The notes under the pieces were generated by a model. The model was not told where the DNA came from and did no database searches. It was given only the letters and a program-made list of their open reading frames with translations. Positions 53,225 through 62,948 of a DNA stretch of 64,000 bases are shown here, in pieces. The DNA is from Candidatus Eiseniibacteriota bacterium (lineage in GTDB: Bacteria; Eisenbacteria; RBG-16-71-46). Numbering within the stretch: position 1 is the first letter of the stretch; every line of letters begins with the position of its first letter. The DNA lies in contig CAVQXP010000004.1 of NCBI GenBank assembly GCA_963717935.1, positions 800,001 to 864,000 on the forward strand. Reading direction: 5' to 3'. The translations under genes were made by a program, and so were the position numbers.

Positions 53225-53971
53225 ATGAACCATCGCAATGCCAATACCCGGGCGGCCACCCCGGGGACCACGCCCGACCAGGCTCCCGGGGCCACCGCGC
53301 CCGGGGGCAACCTCGTCACCTTCGAATCGGTCCGCGACAACCCCCGGGTCAAGTCCTTCATCCGGAGCGCCGACAGCGCCCTCGAAGTGATCGGCTACAC
53401 CGAGCACGGCGAGCGGCATGTCGGCCTGGTGGCACACATCGCCTTCAACACGCTCAAGCGCCTGGGCCATTCCGACCGGGAGGCTGAGCTGGCGGCCATC
53501 GCGGGCTACCTGCACGACATCGGCAATGCGGTGAACCGCGAGGTCCACGCCCAGACCGGGGCGGTCATGGCCATGCGCATCCTCACCGACATGGGCATGC
53601 CGGACGACGAGATCGTGAAGGTCATGGGTGCGATCGGCAACCACCACGAGACCGACGGGTCGGCCATCAGCCCGGTTGCGGCCGCGGTCATCCTGGGCGA
53701 CAAGAGCGACGTGCACCGCACGCGGGTGCGCAATCCGGACATGATCAAGTTCGACGTGCACGATCGCGTGAACTACGCAGTGGAGAAGAGTTTCCTGAAC
53801 GTGGACGAGGCCAGGAAGGAGATCACCCTGGAGCTCACCATCGACACCAAGATCTCGCAGGTCATGGAGTACTTCGAGATCTTCCTGACCCGGATGCTCG
53901 CCTGCCGGAAGGCCGCCATCTTCCTGGGGATGTCCTTCGGACTGACGGTGAACGGGAATCGATTGACGTGA
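53225..53971 (+). CDS. HD-domain metal-dependent phosphohydrolase
   Basis: GYTEHG.RH, LHDIGN, HAQTGA, GNH, GDKSD. Confidence 0.88.
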   Translation: MNHRNANTRAATPGTTPDQAPGATAPGGNLVTFESVRDNPRVKSFIRSADSALEVIGYTEHGERHVGLVAHIAFNTLKRLGHSDREAELAAIAGYLHDIGNAVNREVHAQTGAVMAMRILTDMGMPDDEIVKVMGAIGNHHETDGSAISPVAAAVILGDKSDVHRTRVRNPDMIKFDVHDRVNYAVEKSFLNVDEARKEITLELTIDTKISQVMEYFEIFLTRMLACRKAAIFLGMSFGLTVNGNRLT

Positions 53972-54042
53972 GAATGCGCCGGGGATCCGGCCCGTCGAGC
54001 CCCGCATCCGCGGCGCGCCGGCGGCGAATGGAGGAGGGACCA

Positions 54043-55518
54043 GTGAGGCATCGTGCAATCACGACCGGCGCCGGCCTGGCAATGCTGGCGCTGGTGCTGG
54101 CTGGAACGGCCGAGGCGCGCAACCCCAACTGCGCGGGTGGTATCCAGTATGTCGTGCAGGCGATGCGCGACAAGGAAAAGGGCAACCTCGAGGACTACCG
54201 GCGCGAGATGCTCAAGGCGGTGGACCGGCTCACCCTGTGTTCGAGCGAGGACCCCGAGGACCTCGAGGCCCTGGCTTACCTGGGCTGGGCCTACGCCGAG
54301 ATCGACAGCGCCTGCCCGGCTGGACTGGCCTTCCAGAAGGCCATCGCGGGCCTGAAGGCGAAGGGCGACAAGAAGGTCGACTGGGCGATCAGCAATCGCG
54401 AGTCCTATTGGGCCAAGAACTTCAACGAGGGCGTCGCCAGCATCCAGGCGGGCCAGGCCGCCTGCGCCGATTTCACCAAGGAGCCCGAGGACGACGGGGA
54501 GGCGGCCCTCAAGGCGGAGGCTGCCAACAAGTACGCCGCGGCCATCGCCGCCCTCGATCGCGCCGCGTGCCTGAGGCCCGGCGATGCGCGCACTGCACGC
54601 AATCTCGGCACGGTCCACGCGCTGATGGGCGACCTGGTGAGGGCCGAGGCCATCTTCCGCGAGGGGCTGGTGGCTGCGCCCGGCGACAGCGATCTCGCCA
54701 GTTCCCTGACGCTGGTGCGCCGCCAGTACGCGGGCAAGCTGCTGGACGAGAAGCGCTACGACGAGGCCATCGGCTTCTACGATGAGCTGCTGAAGGGCAG
54801 CCCGGACGACGCGGACCTGCGTACCGGTCTGGGGGACGCCTATTTCAAGCGGGCCTTCGCGCGCGAGGGCGAGGCCCGCAGGGCGGACTACAGGAGCGCG
54901 GGCGACCAGTACGACAAGGCGGCGCGGATCAAGGAGGGAGAGGCCGATCTGCTCTTCAACGCGGCCCTCGCCTACCAGAACGGGGGCGACTTCGCGTCGG
55001 CCGAGACCGATTGGCGGGACTTCCTCAAGATCAAGCCCGATGACACCGACGCCATGTCGGCCCTCGGCTCCACGCTGGCCGAGTTGAAGAAGTTCGACGA
55101 GGCCGCGGCCGTGCTGCACAAGGCGGTGAACCTGAAGCCCCGCGAGAAGAATCTCCACCGGCAGTTGGGCGGTGTCTACGCGCGGGCCGACAACCAGCCC
55201 AAGTCCTACGAGGAGATGGTGGTCTACATCTCGCTCGAGCGCGGCACGCCGGCCGAGAACGCGGCCGATGCGGCGAAGAAGGCGCCCGCCAACAGTGACG
55301 CGGCGAAGACCCTGGCCTCGCTGGGCGCTCCCGACGAGCTGCGCTACTGGGAGGCCGACGGCCAGAAGTACGAGACCTGGATCTACTGGGGCAAGAACGT
55401 GGCCTACACGATGCGGGCCGGACAGCAGGTCGCCAAGTCCGACTGGGGCGCGCCCCCGCCGAAGCTCTCGAAGCCGGCGCCGGCCGTTCCGACCAAGGCC
55501 GCGGGAAAGCGGAAGTAG
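54043..55518 (+). CDS. Exported tetratricopeptide-repeat protein
   Basis: SD GGAGGAGG, GTG start, signal peptide ending AEA, several TPR-like units (A..LG..Y, NLG, P.D). Confidence 0.82.
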   Translation: MRHRAITTGAGLAMLALVLAGTAEARNPNCAGGIQYVVQAMRDKEKGNLEDYRREMLKAVDRLTLCSSEDPEDLEALAYLGWAYAEIDSACPAGLAFQKAIAGLKAKGDKKVDWAISNRESYWAKNFNEGVASIQAGQAACADFTKEPEDDGEAALKAEAANKYAAAIAALDRAACLRPGDARTARNLGTVHALMGDLVRAEAIFREGLVAAPGDSDLASSLTLVRRQYAGKLLDEKRYDEAIGFYDELLKGSPDDADLRTGLGDAYFKRAFAREGEARRADYRSAGDQYDKAARIKEGEADLLFNAALAYQNGGDFASAETDWRDFLKIKPDDTDAMSALGSTLAELKKFDEAAAVLHKAVNLKPREKNLHRQLGGVYARADNQPKSYEEMVVYISLERGTPAENAADAAKKAPANSDAAKTLASLGAPDELRYWEADGQKYETWIYWGKNVAYTMRAGQQVAKSDWGAPPPKLSKPAPAVPTKAAGKRK

Positions 55519-55570
55519 GCAAGGCTCTCCCACCGGGGAGTGCCCACGGAACCCAGCAGGTCCATGAACT

Positions 55571-55621
55571 GAAACCACGGCCGGTCCGGCGGGTCGATCC
55601 CCCGGGACCGGCCGTGGTTTC
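55571..55621. terminator. Perfect 17-bp inverted repeat between the TPR gene and ilvC
   Basis: GAAACCACGGCCGGTCC (55571-55587) / GGACCGGCCGTGGTTTC (55605-55621). Confidence 0.6.
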
Positions 55622-55639
55622 GACGGGAGGCATGAGGCG

Positions 55640-56590
55640 ATGACGATCCGGCTGGCCGAGCGGACGATCGCCGTGCTGGGGTTCGGCAACCAGGGCGAGG
55701 CGCACGCGCTGAACCTGCGGGATGCCGGACTCGAGGTCGTGGTCGGCGCCCGGGCGGGAGGTGGAGCCGAGGCCCGCTCTCGAGCGCTCGGCTTCCCCAC
55801 GCTCGATCTGCCCGGGGCGGCGAGCCGCGCGGCGGTCGTGGTGTTGCTGCTGCCCGACGAGGTCCTGCCCGCGGTCTGGCCCGCCGTGGCGCCCGCGCTC
55901 GCGCCGGGCACGGCGCTGGTCTTCGCCCACGGCTACAACCTGGTCTACTCGACGCTCGCCTTCCCCGAGCGTGGCGACGTGGTGCTGGTCTCGCCGACCG
56001 CCCCGGGGCGCGTGTTGCGGGCGATGCGGGAGCGGGGCGAGGACCTGCCCGGCTACCTCGCGGTCCACCTCGACCGCAGCGGTGCGGCCTGGGACCTCGC
56101 CGCGGAGTACGCCGAGCGGCTGGGGTGTGCCCCGGTGTGGCGGACGACCGTGCGCGAGGAGACCGAGGTGGACCTCTTCGGCGAGCAGGCGGTGCTGTGC
56201 GGTGGACTCCACGGCCTGCTGACCACGGCCTTCGAGGTCCTGGTCGAGAAGGGCTACGCGCCGGAGATGGCCTACCTCGAGTGCATCCACCAGCTCAAGT
56301 ACCTGGCCGAGTTGCTGCACGAGCGGGGCCTGGCGGGCGCCCGGCGCTCCATCAGCGCCACGGCGCTCTACGGCGACCTCACCCGGGGCCACCGGGTGGT
56401 GAGCGAAGCCACGCGCGTCGAGATGCGGGCCCTGCTCGAGGAGATCCGTGACGGCACGTTCGCGCGCGAATGGGCCGGGGAGGTGGCGAAGGGGAAGGTC
56501 TGGCTGCGGGAGCGGGTCGAGCAGGCGGCGGGACATCCGCTCGAGGAGGCCAGGCGGCGGGTGCTCGCGGCGGGCGAGGAGCGCCCCTGA
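55640..56590 (+). CDS. ilvC: Short-form ketol-acid reductoisomerase-like protein, divergent active site
   Basis: GFGNQGEAHALNLRD, LLPDE, FAHG, DLFGEQAVLCGG, PEMAYLEC, TA.YG. Confidence 0.82.
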   Translation: MTIRLAERTIAVLGFGNQGEAHALNLRDAGLEVVVGARAGGGAEARSRALGFPTLDLPGAASRAAVVVLLLPDEVLPAVWPAVAPALAPGTALVFAHGYNLVYSTLAFPERGDVVLVSPTAPGRVLRAMRERGEDLPGYLAVHLDRSGAAWDLAAEYAERLGCAPVWRTTVREETEVDLFGEQAVLCGGLHGLLTTAFEVLVEKGYAPEMAYLECIHQLKYLAELLHERGLAGARRSISATALYGDLTRGHRVVSEATRVEMRALLEEIRDGTFAREWAGEVAKGKVWLRERVEQAAGHPLEEARRRVLAAGEERP

Positions 56591-56628
56591 GATCGGGCGA
56601 ATCGCGCAACGCCTTGCGCAAAAACCGA

Positions 56629-56658
56629 TTGACAGGCTTTGCCCCGGGTTGCTAGCCT
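56629..56658 (+). promoter_or_regulatory. Sigma70 promoter for the HU/IHF gene
   Basis: Consensus TTGACA (56629-56634), 18 nt, TGn-TAGCCT (56653-56658); A-tract upstream. Confidence 0.6.
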
Positions 56659-56719
56659 GCATCTCGGATGCTGCTGCCGACCCCGATGGTGCTGGTCCGG
56701 GTGGCGTGAGGAGGACGAG

Positions 56720-56998
56720 ATGACCAAGGCGGATATCGTCGATCAGATCGCGGAGCGCACGGGCCTCACCAAGAAGGACGTGGCTGAGACCGTGGACCAT
56801 TTCCTGAACGCGGTGGCGCGAGCGCTTTCCACGGGTCACCACATCGAGATCCGCGGATTCGGTACGTTCCGGGTGAAGGACCGCAAACAGCGGATCGCCC
56901 GTAATCCGCGCACCGGTGAGGCCGTTCCGGTCCCTCCGCGCAAGGTCCCGGTGTTCAAGGTGTCGAAGGAACTCAAGGACATGGTGGCACAGGGCTAG
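56720..56998 (+). CDS. hup: HU/IHF family DNA-binding protein
   Basis: MTKADIV, IEIRGFGTF, ARNPRTGE; SD GAGGAGG. HU versus IHF-beta not resolved. Confidence 0.9.
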   Translation: MTKADIVDQIAERTGLTKKDVAETVDHFLNAVARALSTGHHIEIRGFGTFRVKDRKQRIARNPRTGEAVPVPPRKVPVFKVSKELKDMVAQG

Positions 56999-57051
56999 CC
57001 AGCCCGCGTCCGGGTAGCACCGCGACACGGTCGCTGCGGCACTGGCGCAAA

Positions 57052-57087
57052 GACGGCGGGCGGGAGCCGGGGCTCCCGCCCGCCGTC
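57052..57087. terminator. Likely bidirectional terminator hairpin between convergent genes
   Basis: GACGGCGGGCGGGAGC / GCTCCCGCCCGCCGTC stem, flanked by AAA and CTT. Confidence 0.6.
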
Positions 57088-57106
57088 CTTGCGCCCGGAT
57101 GGGACG

Positions 57107-57814
57107 CTAGCGCCGGCTGTTGCGGAGCAGCACCAGCCTCAGCAGTTGGAGCGCGGCCATGGCGGCGGCCGCCACGTAGGTGAGGGCCGCGGCGTCCAGC
57201 ACCTTCTTCGCGCCCGCCACCTCCTGCGGGGCGATGGCCCCGGTCTCGGTCAACTGCGCGAGCGCGCGCTTGGAGGCGTTGAATTCCACCGGCAGCGTGA
57301 CGAGCTGGAAGAGCACCGCGCCCGAGAAGAACAGGATGCCCAGGTCCATGAAGAACAGCGACATGCTCGAGCGGAAGAACAGGCCGATCAGGAACAGCGG
57401 GAACGCCAGGGTGCTGGCGAAGCCCGCCACCGGCGCGATGGCCGAGCGGATCCCGAGCGGCGCGTAGCCGGTCGCGTGCTGGAGCGCGTGGCCCACCTCG
57501 TGCGCGGCCACCGCGATCGCGGCCAGCGAGTCGCCACCGTAGTTGTTGACGGACAGCCGCACCTTCCTCACGCGCGGGTCGTAGTGGTCGGTCAGGACTC
57601 CGTCCACCTGCTCGATGCCCACGTCGGCGAGGCCGTTGCGCGTCATGATCGAGCGCGCCATCTCGCGGCCGGTCATGCCGTTCGCCGCGCGCACCTGGGA
57701 CATCTTCTTGTAGGTGCTCTGCACCTTCCACTGCGCCCAGAAGGCGAAGATCATCGCCGGGATGAGCAGGATGAAGGTCGGGTCGAAGCCCATGAAGAAC
57801 ATCGTCTCGATCAC
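57107..57814 (-). CDS. Putative neutral zinc metallopeptidase (YugP-like membrane protein)
   Basis: LTDHYDP, AAHEVGHALQ, TLPVEFNAS, AAALTYVA. Confidence 0.92.
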   Translation of the reverse strand: MIETMFFMGFDPTFILLIPAMIFAFWAQWKVQSTYKKMSQVRAANGMTGREMARSIMTRNGLADVGIEQVDGVLTDHYDPRVRKVRLSVNNYGGDSLAAIAVAAHEVGHALQHATGYAPLGIRSAIAPVAGFASTLAFPLFLIGLFFRSSMSLFFMDLGILFFSGAVLFQLVTLPVEFNASKRALAQLTETGAIAPQEVAGAKKVLDAAALTYVAAAAMAALQLLRLVLLRNSRR

Positions 57815-58093
57815 TCCTTCGCCGGTCGCGCCGGGGGTCGAGTCGGCCTCTTGAGTGGCGCCGCGGTCCCGCCGGAATCGGCGGGCGGCGAGGCTCGGCC
57901 CGGGGACCGTTCACACCGATGAGATGGCATCGGGGCGGGCGGGTTGTCAAGCCGCTGCAAGACCGGCCGCGAGCCCCCGCTGCGGGCGGCACCAGGCGCG
58001 CCAGCCGGCGGGTTTCCCGCCGCTCGGGGCTTCCCCTACACTGCCGCTCCGGAAGCCGTCGTCCAGCCCGTGGAACCCGAGCGAAGGCCCGCC

Positions 58094-59134
58094 ATGAGTC
58101 CAGCCGAGCCCACCGTCGATCTGCGCAGCGACACCGTGACCCGCCCGACCCCGGCCATGCGCCGGGCGATGATGGACGCCGAGGTCGGCGACGACGTGTT
58201 CGGCGACGACCCCACCGTGCAGGCGCTCGAACGCCGCGTCGCGGAGCTGGCGGGGAAGGAAGCGGCGCTCTACGTGCCCAGCGGCACGATGGGCAACCAG
58301 GTGGCCCTCAAGTGCCACACCGAGCCGGGCGACGAGGTGCTGCTCGAACCGGAGTCGCACATCTTCCTCTACGAGCAGGGCGGGCTGGGGGCGAACTCGG
58401 GCTGCCTGGCGCACCTCGTCCCGGGGGAGCGCGGCGCGATCGCGCCCGAGCGGGTGGCGGCCGCGGTGCGCGACCCGGTGGACGACCACGTGGCGCGCGT
58501 GCGCCTGGTGTGCCTGGAGAACACCCACAACCGCCAGGGCGGCGTGATCGTGCCGCTCGAGCGGTTGCAGGCCGTGGCCGCGGTGGCGCGCTCGCACGGT
58601 GTCGCCGTGCACCTCGACGGGGCACGGCTCTGGAACGCCAGCGTGGCGAGCGGTGTCCCGGTGCGCGACTGGGCCGCCACGGCCGACAGCGTGATGATGT
58701 GCTTCTCGAAGGGCCTGGGCGCGCCCGTGGGCTCCATCCTCACCGGCCCCGGCGACTTCATCCGCCGCGCGCGCCGGGTGCGCAAGCGCTGGGGCGGCGG
58801 CATGCGGCAGGTCGGCATCCTGGCCGCGGCGTGCCTGCACGCGCTCGATCACCACCTCGAGCGGCTGGCCGAGGACCACCGCCGCGCGAAGGCGCTGGCG
58901 GCCGGGTTCGCGCAGGTGCCGGGGGTGCGGGTCATCGAGCCGGAGACGAACATCGTCATCGTCACGCTGGAGCGTCCGGCGCTCGAGCCGGCCGCGGTGC
59001 TGCGCGCGCTCGAGGCGCGCGGCGTGCGCATGGTGTCCTTCGGCACGCGGCGGTTGCGCGCGATCACGCACCTCGACGTGGACGATGCCGGCGTCGAGCG
59101 GGCCGTGGCGGCGTTCCGGGCAGCCGTGGGCTAG
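58094..59134 (+). CDS. ltaE: Low-specificity L-threonine aldolase
   Basis: [53 protein letters not shown]. Confidence 0.93.
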   Translation: MSPAEPTVDLRSDTVTRPTPAMRRAMMDAEVGDDVFGDDPTVQALERRVAELAGKEAALYVPSGTMGNQVALKCHTEPGDEVLLEPESHIFLYEQGGLGANSGCLAHLVPGERGAIAPERVAAAVRDPVDDHVARVRLVCLENTHNRQGGVIVPLERLQAVAAVARSHGVAVHLDGARLWNASVASGVPVRDWAATADSVMMCFSKGLGAPVGSILTGPGDFIRRARRVRKRWGGGMRQVGILAAACLHALDHHLERLAEDHRRAKALAAGFAQVPGVRVIEPETNIVIVTLERPALEPAAVLRALEARGVRMVSFGTRRLRAITHLDVDDAGVERAVAAFRAAVG

Positions 59135-59138
59135 AGGC

Positions 59139-61253
59139 TCAGGGCTGCGGTCGCGATCTCGCGGGAGACCCGGGAGCCGACGCGGCGCCGCCCTCGATCA
59201 GGGCCCGGAGGACCCCCGCGAGCTGGGCGGCCTCGCGTGCGCCCGGTGCTGCGGCCTCGATCTCGCGGAGCGCGCGGACGGCTTCCTGCGTGCGACCCTG
59301 TCTCCACAGGCAGCGGGCGAGCCAGGTGCCCGCATGGACGTAGGTCTCCGGCTCGGTGCGTCCGAAGCGCAGTGCCAGCAGGTAGCACGCCTGGGCCTGC
59401 CGGATGAAGCCGAAGAACTCGTAGTCCAGCGCGAGGTGAAGATAGTGGGCGCCCTCCGCGCCGGTGGCCTCGCCGTCCACCGCCAGCGTGGAGTCCGGTG
59501 GCCCGGGGTCCTTGCGCGCGGCGAAGGGCTCGAGCGCCCGTGGATTGCGGTAGACGATGATCTCGGGGCCCGGGCCGCCCCGCGGCCGGAACTCCGCGAG
59601 CCGGGGCCAGCTCGCCTCGAGGTCGTCGTAGAACGCAAGCTGCGGGGCGAAGCGCTCGGGAGCCGCGCGGTAGCGGTCCCGCACCGAGCTGGTCACCACG
59701 ATGGCGTCGGCGATGGCGAAGCGCTCCGTGGAGTAGAAGCGGGCCGAACGCTCGGGCACCACCTGGAAGAGCGGCAGCTTCTGCACGGCGTAGAGCCGCG
59801 GGCGGTAGTCGCGGCGCTTGAGCTCCGCCGCCACCTCGCGCTCCACCTGCACCAGCCTGAGCGGTTCGAACAGGTCGGGCCCGTACTCCTCGCACACGAG
59901 CATGGAACCGGCGGGCAGGTTCCCCTCGATCCAGCGCTTTGCCTGCGTGCGCGTGTCCGGTCGCAGCGTGGCGAAGCGGGCCGGCAGCGCGCCCAGGAGT
60001 GGCCAGGCCACGATCGCGACCGCGGCCATGGCGGCCGGCCAGCGTCCCCGGGACGCGGGGACGGCCGCCACGACGGTCTTCAGCAGGACTGCGGCCGCGA
60101 CCAGCCCGAGCGGGATGAGCGGCACCACGTAGCGGTCGGCCATCATCTGCCACGACCCCACGATGGCCAGATAGGGAAGCGCGAAAGCGGCCAGGTTCTG
60201 GGCCCAGTGTTGACGGCGGACCAGGCCCAGCGCGAGGCCCGCCAGGCCGGCGATGCCGAGGGGCCAGCCCATCACGCTCCCGAACCAGTCGCGCGCATAG
60301 GCGAGCCACGAAGGGCCTCCGGCCAGTCCGAAGTGCCCGAGCGCCATGTGCTGGCCCTCGATCTGGAGGTCCTTCAGGGCGGCGTGGAAGTCGAGCACCA
60401 GGAACGGCGACGTGACGAGGAGCGCGGCGACGAGAGCGCAACCGAAGGCGGACGTCAGCGCCAGGCGGCGCACGCGCGGCGCCGGGAACCCGACTGCCGG
60501 CCCGGGATGCGCCGCGGCCTTTCCCGTGCGGCGCGGCCGCTTCGAGCCCGGGGGGATCCGGGTCGGGCGCGACCCTTCGGCCCGGGATGGACGCGAGGCC
60601 CAGATCGCGAGCAGGGCAGGCGCCACCAGCACGAGCCCCGTGTACTTGCACGACGTCGCGAGTCCCGCGACCAACCCCGCGACCACCGCCGAGCGCGCGG
60701 TCGGATGCCGCCGCAGTCCGTCCGAGAGCAGGAGCCCCCAGGTGATGAAGAACGTGAGCGGGACGTCCACCTCGACGACCTGCGACTTGGCGATCAGGGT
60801 CGGGTGGAGGGCCAGGATCAGCACCGTGAATGCCGCCCAGCGCGGTCCCGCGATCCGTCGGGCGAGGGCCCAGGCCGGCAGCAGGGTGAGCACCCCGAAG
60901 GCCGTCGTGATCGCGCGCGCCGTCACGAGGAACGGACTCGGGTCCATCAGGTGGAGGGCGTAGAGCCCCGCCGCGGAGCCGACGGCGCCCGTCACGCGCA
61001 GGAGTCCGAACAGGAGCGCCTGGCCCAGGAACTGCAAGTAGATGACCAGGCTCGGGTACTTGAAGAAGTGGGGGTTCGGATCGAAGTGGCGGAAGGGACC
61101 CCAGCCCCACAGGTCCCATGCCCTCCAGAAGGGTATGGCCTCCTCGAACACGCCGGGCAGGCCCCAGGACAGCAGCGGGATCCGCACCGCGAGCGCCAGG
61201 ACGACGGCGCCCGCGAGGACCGCGCGCTCCCACCGGCGGTTCACGGGATTCAT
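59139..61253 (-). CDS. ArnT/PMT-like GT-C glycosyltransferase with C-terminal soluble and TPR-like region
   Basis: WGLP..FEE, PHFFKYPS, ARAITT.FG, GLATSCKY, DRY..PL.P; helical C-terminus. Confidence 0.8.
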   Translation of the reverse strand: MNPVNRRWERAVLAGAVVLALAVRIPLLSWGLPGVFEEAIPFWRAWDLWGWGPFRHFDPNPHFFKYPSLVIYLQFLGQALLFGLLRVTGAVGSAAGLYALHLMDPSPFLVTARAITTAFGVLTLLPAWALARRIAGPRWAAFTVLILALHPTLIAKSQVVEVDVPLTFFITWGLLLSDGLRRHPTARSAVVAGLVAGLATSCKYTGLVLVAPALLAIWASRPSRAEGSRPTRIPPGSKRPRRTGKAAAHPGPAVGFPAPRVRRLALTSAFGCALVAALLVTSPFLVLDFHAALKDLQIEGQHMALGHFGLAGGPSWLAYARDWFGSVMGWPLGIAGLAGLALGLVRRQHWAQNLAAFALPYLAIVGSWQMMADRYVVPLIPLGLVAAAVLLKTVVAAVPASRGRWPAAMAAVAIVAWPLLGALPARFATLRPDTRTQAKRWIEGNLPAGSMLVCEEYGPDLFEPLRLVQVEREVAAELKRRDYRPRLYAVQKLPLFQVVPERSARFYSTERFAIADAIVVTSSVRDRYRAAPERFAPQLAFYDDLEASWPRLAEFRPRGGPGPEIIVYRNPRALEPFAARKDPGPPDSTLAVDGEATGAEGAHYLHLALDYEFFGFIRQAQACYLLALRFGRTEPETYVHAGTWLARCLWRQGRTQEAVRALREIEAAAPGAREAAQLAGVLRALIEGGAASAPGSPARSRPQP

Positions 61254-61499
61254 GATCGAACCAAGCCCTCCAGGCGCCGGGCGGAGGCGGCCTTGGCCAC
61301 GGGTCAGAGCGGACCCGGAACGCGGTCCGGCGGCTCGGCGGGGCAGTCTAGCATGGCCCCTCGACGCCGCGTTGCCGCGGCGAGCGCCGCGCGGAGGCGC
61401 CGGCCCCGTTCGCGCGGCCGGCTGCCGGTGGACGCCCCCCCGGCCCCGTGCTAGTTTGCGGCGGTTTCAGCAGGTGGGCCCGCGCCCGGGAAAGAACGA

Positions 61500-62216
61500 G
61501 TGACCGAAGCCACCGCCCCGATGGGGACGCTGTACCTCGTGGCCACGCCGATCGGCAACCTCGAGGACATCACGCACCGTGCCCTGCGCATCCTCTCCGA
61601 GGTGGATCTCGTGGCGGCCGAAGACACGCGCCACACGCGGCGGTTGCTCGAGCACTTTGGCATCTCCGTCCCGGTGTCGAGCCTGTTCGAGCACAACGAG
61701 CGCACGCGTGTCCCGGGGCTCGTCCGGAAGCTGAAGGAGGGCCTCTCGGTCGCCCTGGTGACCGACGCCGGCTCGCCCGGGGTGGCCGACCCGGGGTTCC
61801 CGCTGGTGCGGGCGGCGGTGGCGGAGGGCCTGCGGGTGGAGAGCATCCCGGGGCCGAGCGCGGCGATCGCGGCGCTGCAGGTGAGCGGGCTGCCGACCGA
61901 CGCCTTCACGTTCGTGGGTTTTCTGCCGGTCAAGCCGGGGGCGCGGCGCCGCCGGCTGGAGGAGCTGCACGAGCGGCGCGAGACCGTGGTGGCGTTCGAG
62001 TCGCCCCACCGCATCGACGCCAGCCTCGCGGACCTCGAGGCGATCTGGGGCGAGCGCCCCGTCGCGCTGGCCCGGGAGCTGACCAAGACGTTCGAAGAGG
62101 TGCTGCGGGGCACGGCGCACGAGGTGCGCGCGGCGCTCACGCCGGAGAGGAGACGGGGCGAGATGGTGCTGGTGCTGGGTGGGCGCGTGCGCGGGGAAGG
62201 CGGGCCGGAGGCGTGA
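61500..62216 (+). CDS. rsmI: 16S rRNA (cytidine1402-2'-O)-methyltransferase
   Basis: LYLVATPIGNLEDIT, AEDTR, DAGSPGVADPG, FESPHR, RELTK.FEE. Confidence 0.96.
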   Translation: MTEATAPMGTLYLVATPIGNLEDITHRALRILSEVDLVAAEDTRHTRRLLEHFGISVPVSSLFEHNERTRVPGLVRKLKEGLSVALVTDAGSPGVADPGFPLVRAAVAEGLRVESIPGPSAAIAALQVSGLPTDAFTFVGFLPVKPGARRRRLEELHERRETVVAFESPHRIDASLADLEAIWGERPVALARELTKTFEEVLRGTAHEVRAALTPERRRGEMVLVLGGRVRGEGGPEA

Positions 62217-62944
62217 ACGAGACGCCGGACACGGCCGCGCCGGGAGCGACCCCGGGGCGCGTGGCGCGGATCAAGCGCCAGTTGCAGGAGGGCGCGCGCA
62301 CGGCGGTGGAGCCGCTCGTGACGCTGCTCTCCCGGCTGGGCGTGTGCGCCGACCACCTCACGGTCGCCGGGCTCGTGTTGAGCGCTCTCTCCGGGCTCGC
62401 GTTCTTCGAGGGCCACACGCGCACCGGCGCGCTCCTGCTGATGCTCGCGGGTCTGTGCGACATCCTCGACGGCGAGCTGGCCCGCCGCGCCGGCCTGGCG
62501 TCCCGCTTCGGGGCCTTCCTGGATTCGACCCTCGACCGGCTGTCCGAGGCCCTCGTGCTGCTCGGCATCCTCGGCTTCTATCTGCGCAACCTGCTCGCGC
62601 TCGTGCTGCATCCGGAGCGGGCGCTGCTGCAGATCAGCACCGGGCTCGATCCGCTCACCTGGGCGGTGGTGGCCTTCACGGCCGCGCTGGCGCTGGTCGG
62701 TTCGTTCATGGTGTCGTACACGCGGGCACGGGCCGAAGGGCTCGGGCTCGACTGCAAGGTCGGATGGTTCGAGCGTCCCGAGCGCCTGGTGCTGCTCATC
62801 GTGGCGGGGCTGCTCAGGGTCTTCTGGGCGATGTCGGCGGCCCTGTTGCTGCTCGCCGTCCTCTCGTTCGCCACCGCGGCGCAACGCGTGGCGCATGTGC
62901 ACAGGAATACCCGCCGCGCGGGCATGGATCAGCTAGGAGGCTAG
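62213..62944 (+). CDS. CDP-alcohol phosphatidyltransferase, probable phosphatidylinositol-phosphate synthase
   Basis: DILDGELAR...[34 protein letters not shown] overlap with rsmI; directly upstream of ino1. Confidence 0.85.
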   Translation: MNETPDTAAPGATPGRVARIKRQLQEGARTAVEPLVTLLSRLGVCADHLTVAGLVLSALSGLAFFEGHTRTGALLLMLAGLCDILDGELARRAGLASRFGAFLDSTLDRLSEALVLLGILGFYLRNLLALVLHPERALLQISTGLDPLTWAVVAFTAALALVGSFMVSYTRARAEGLGLDCKVGWFERPERLVLLIVAGLLRVFWAMSAALLLLAVLSFATAAQRVAHVHRNTRRAGMDQLGG

Positions 62945-62948
62945 GCTC

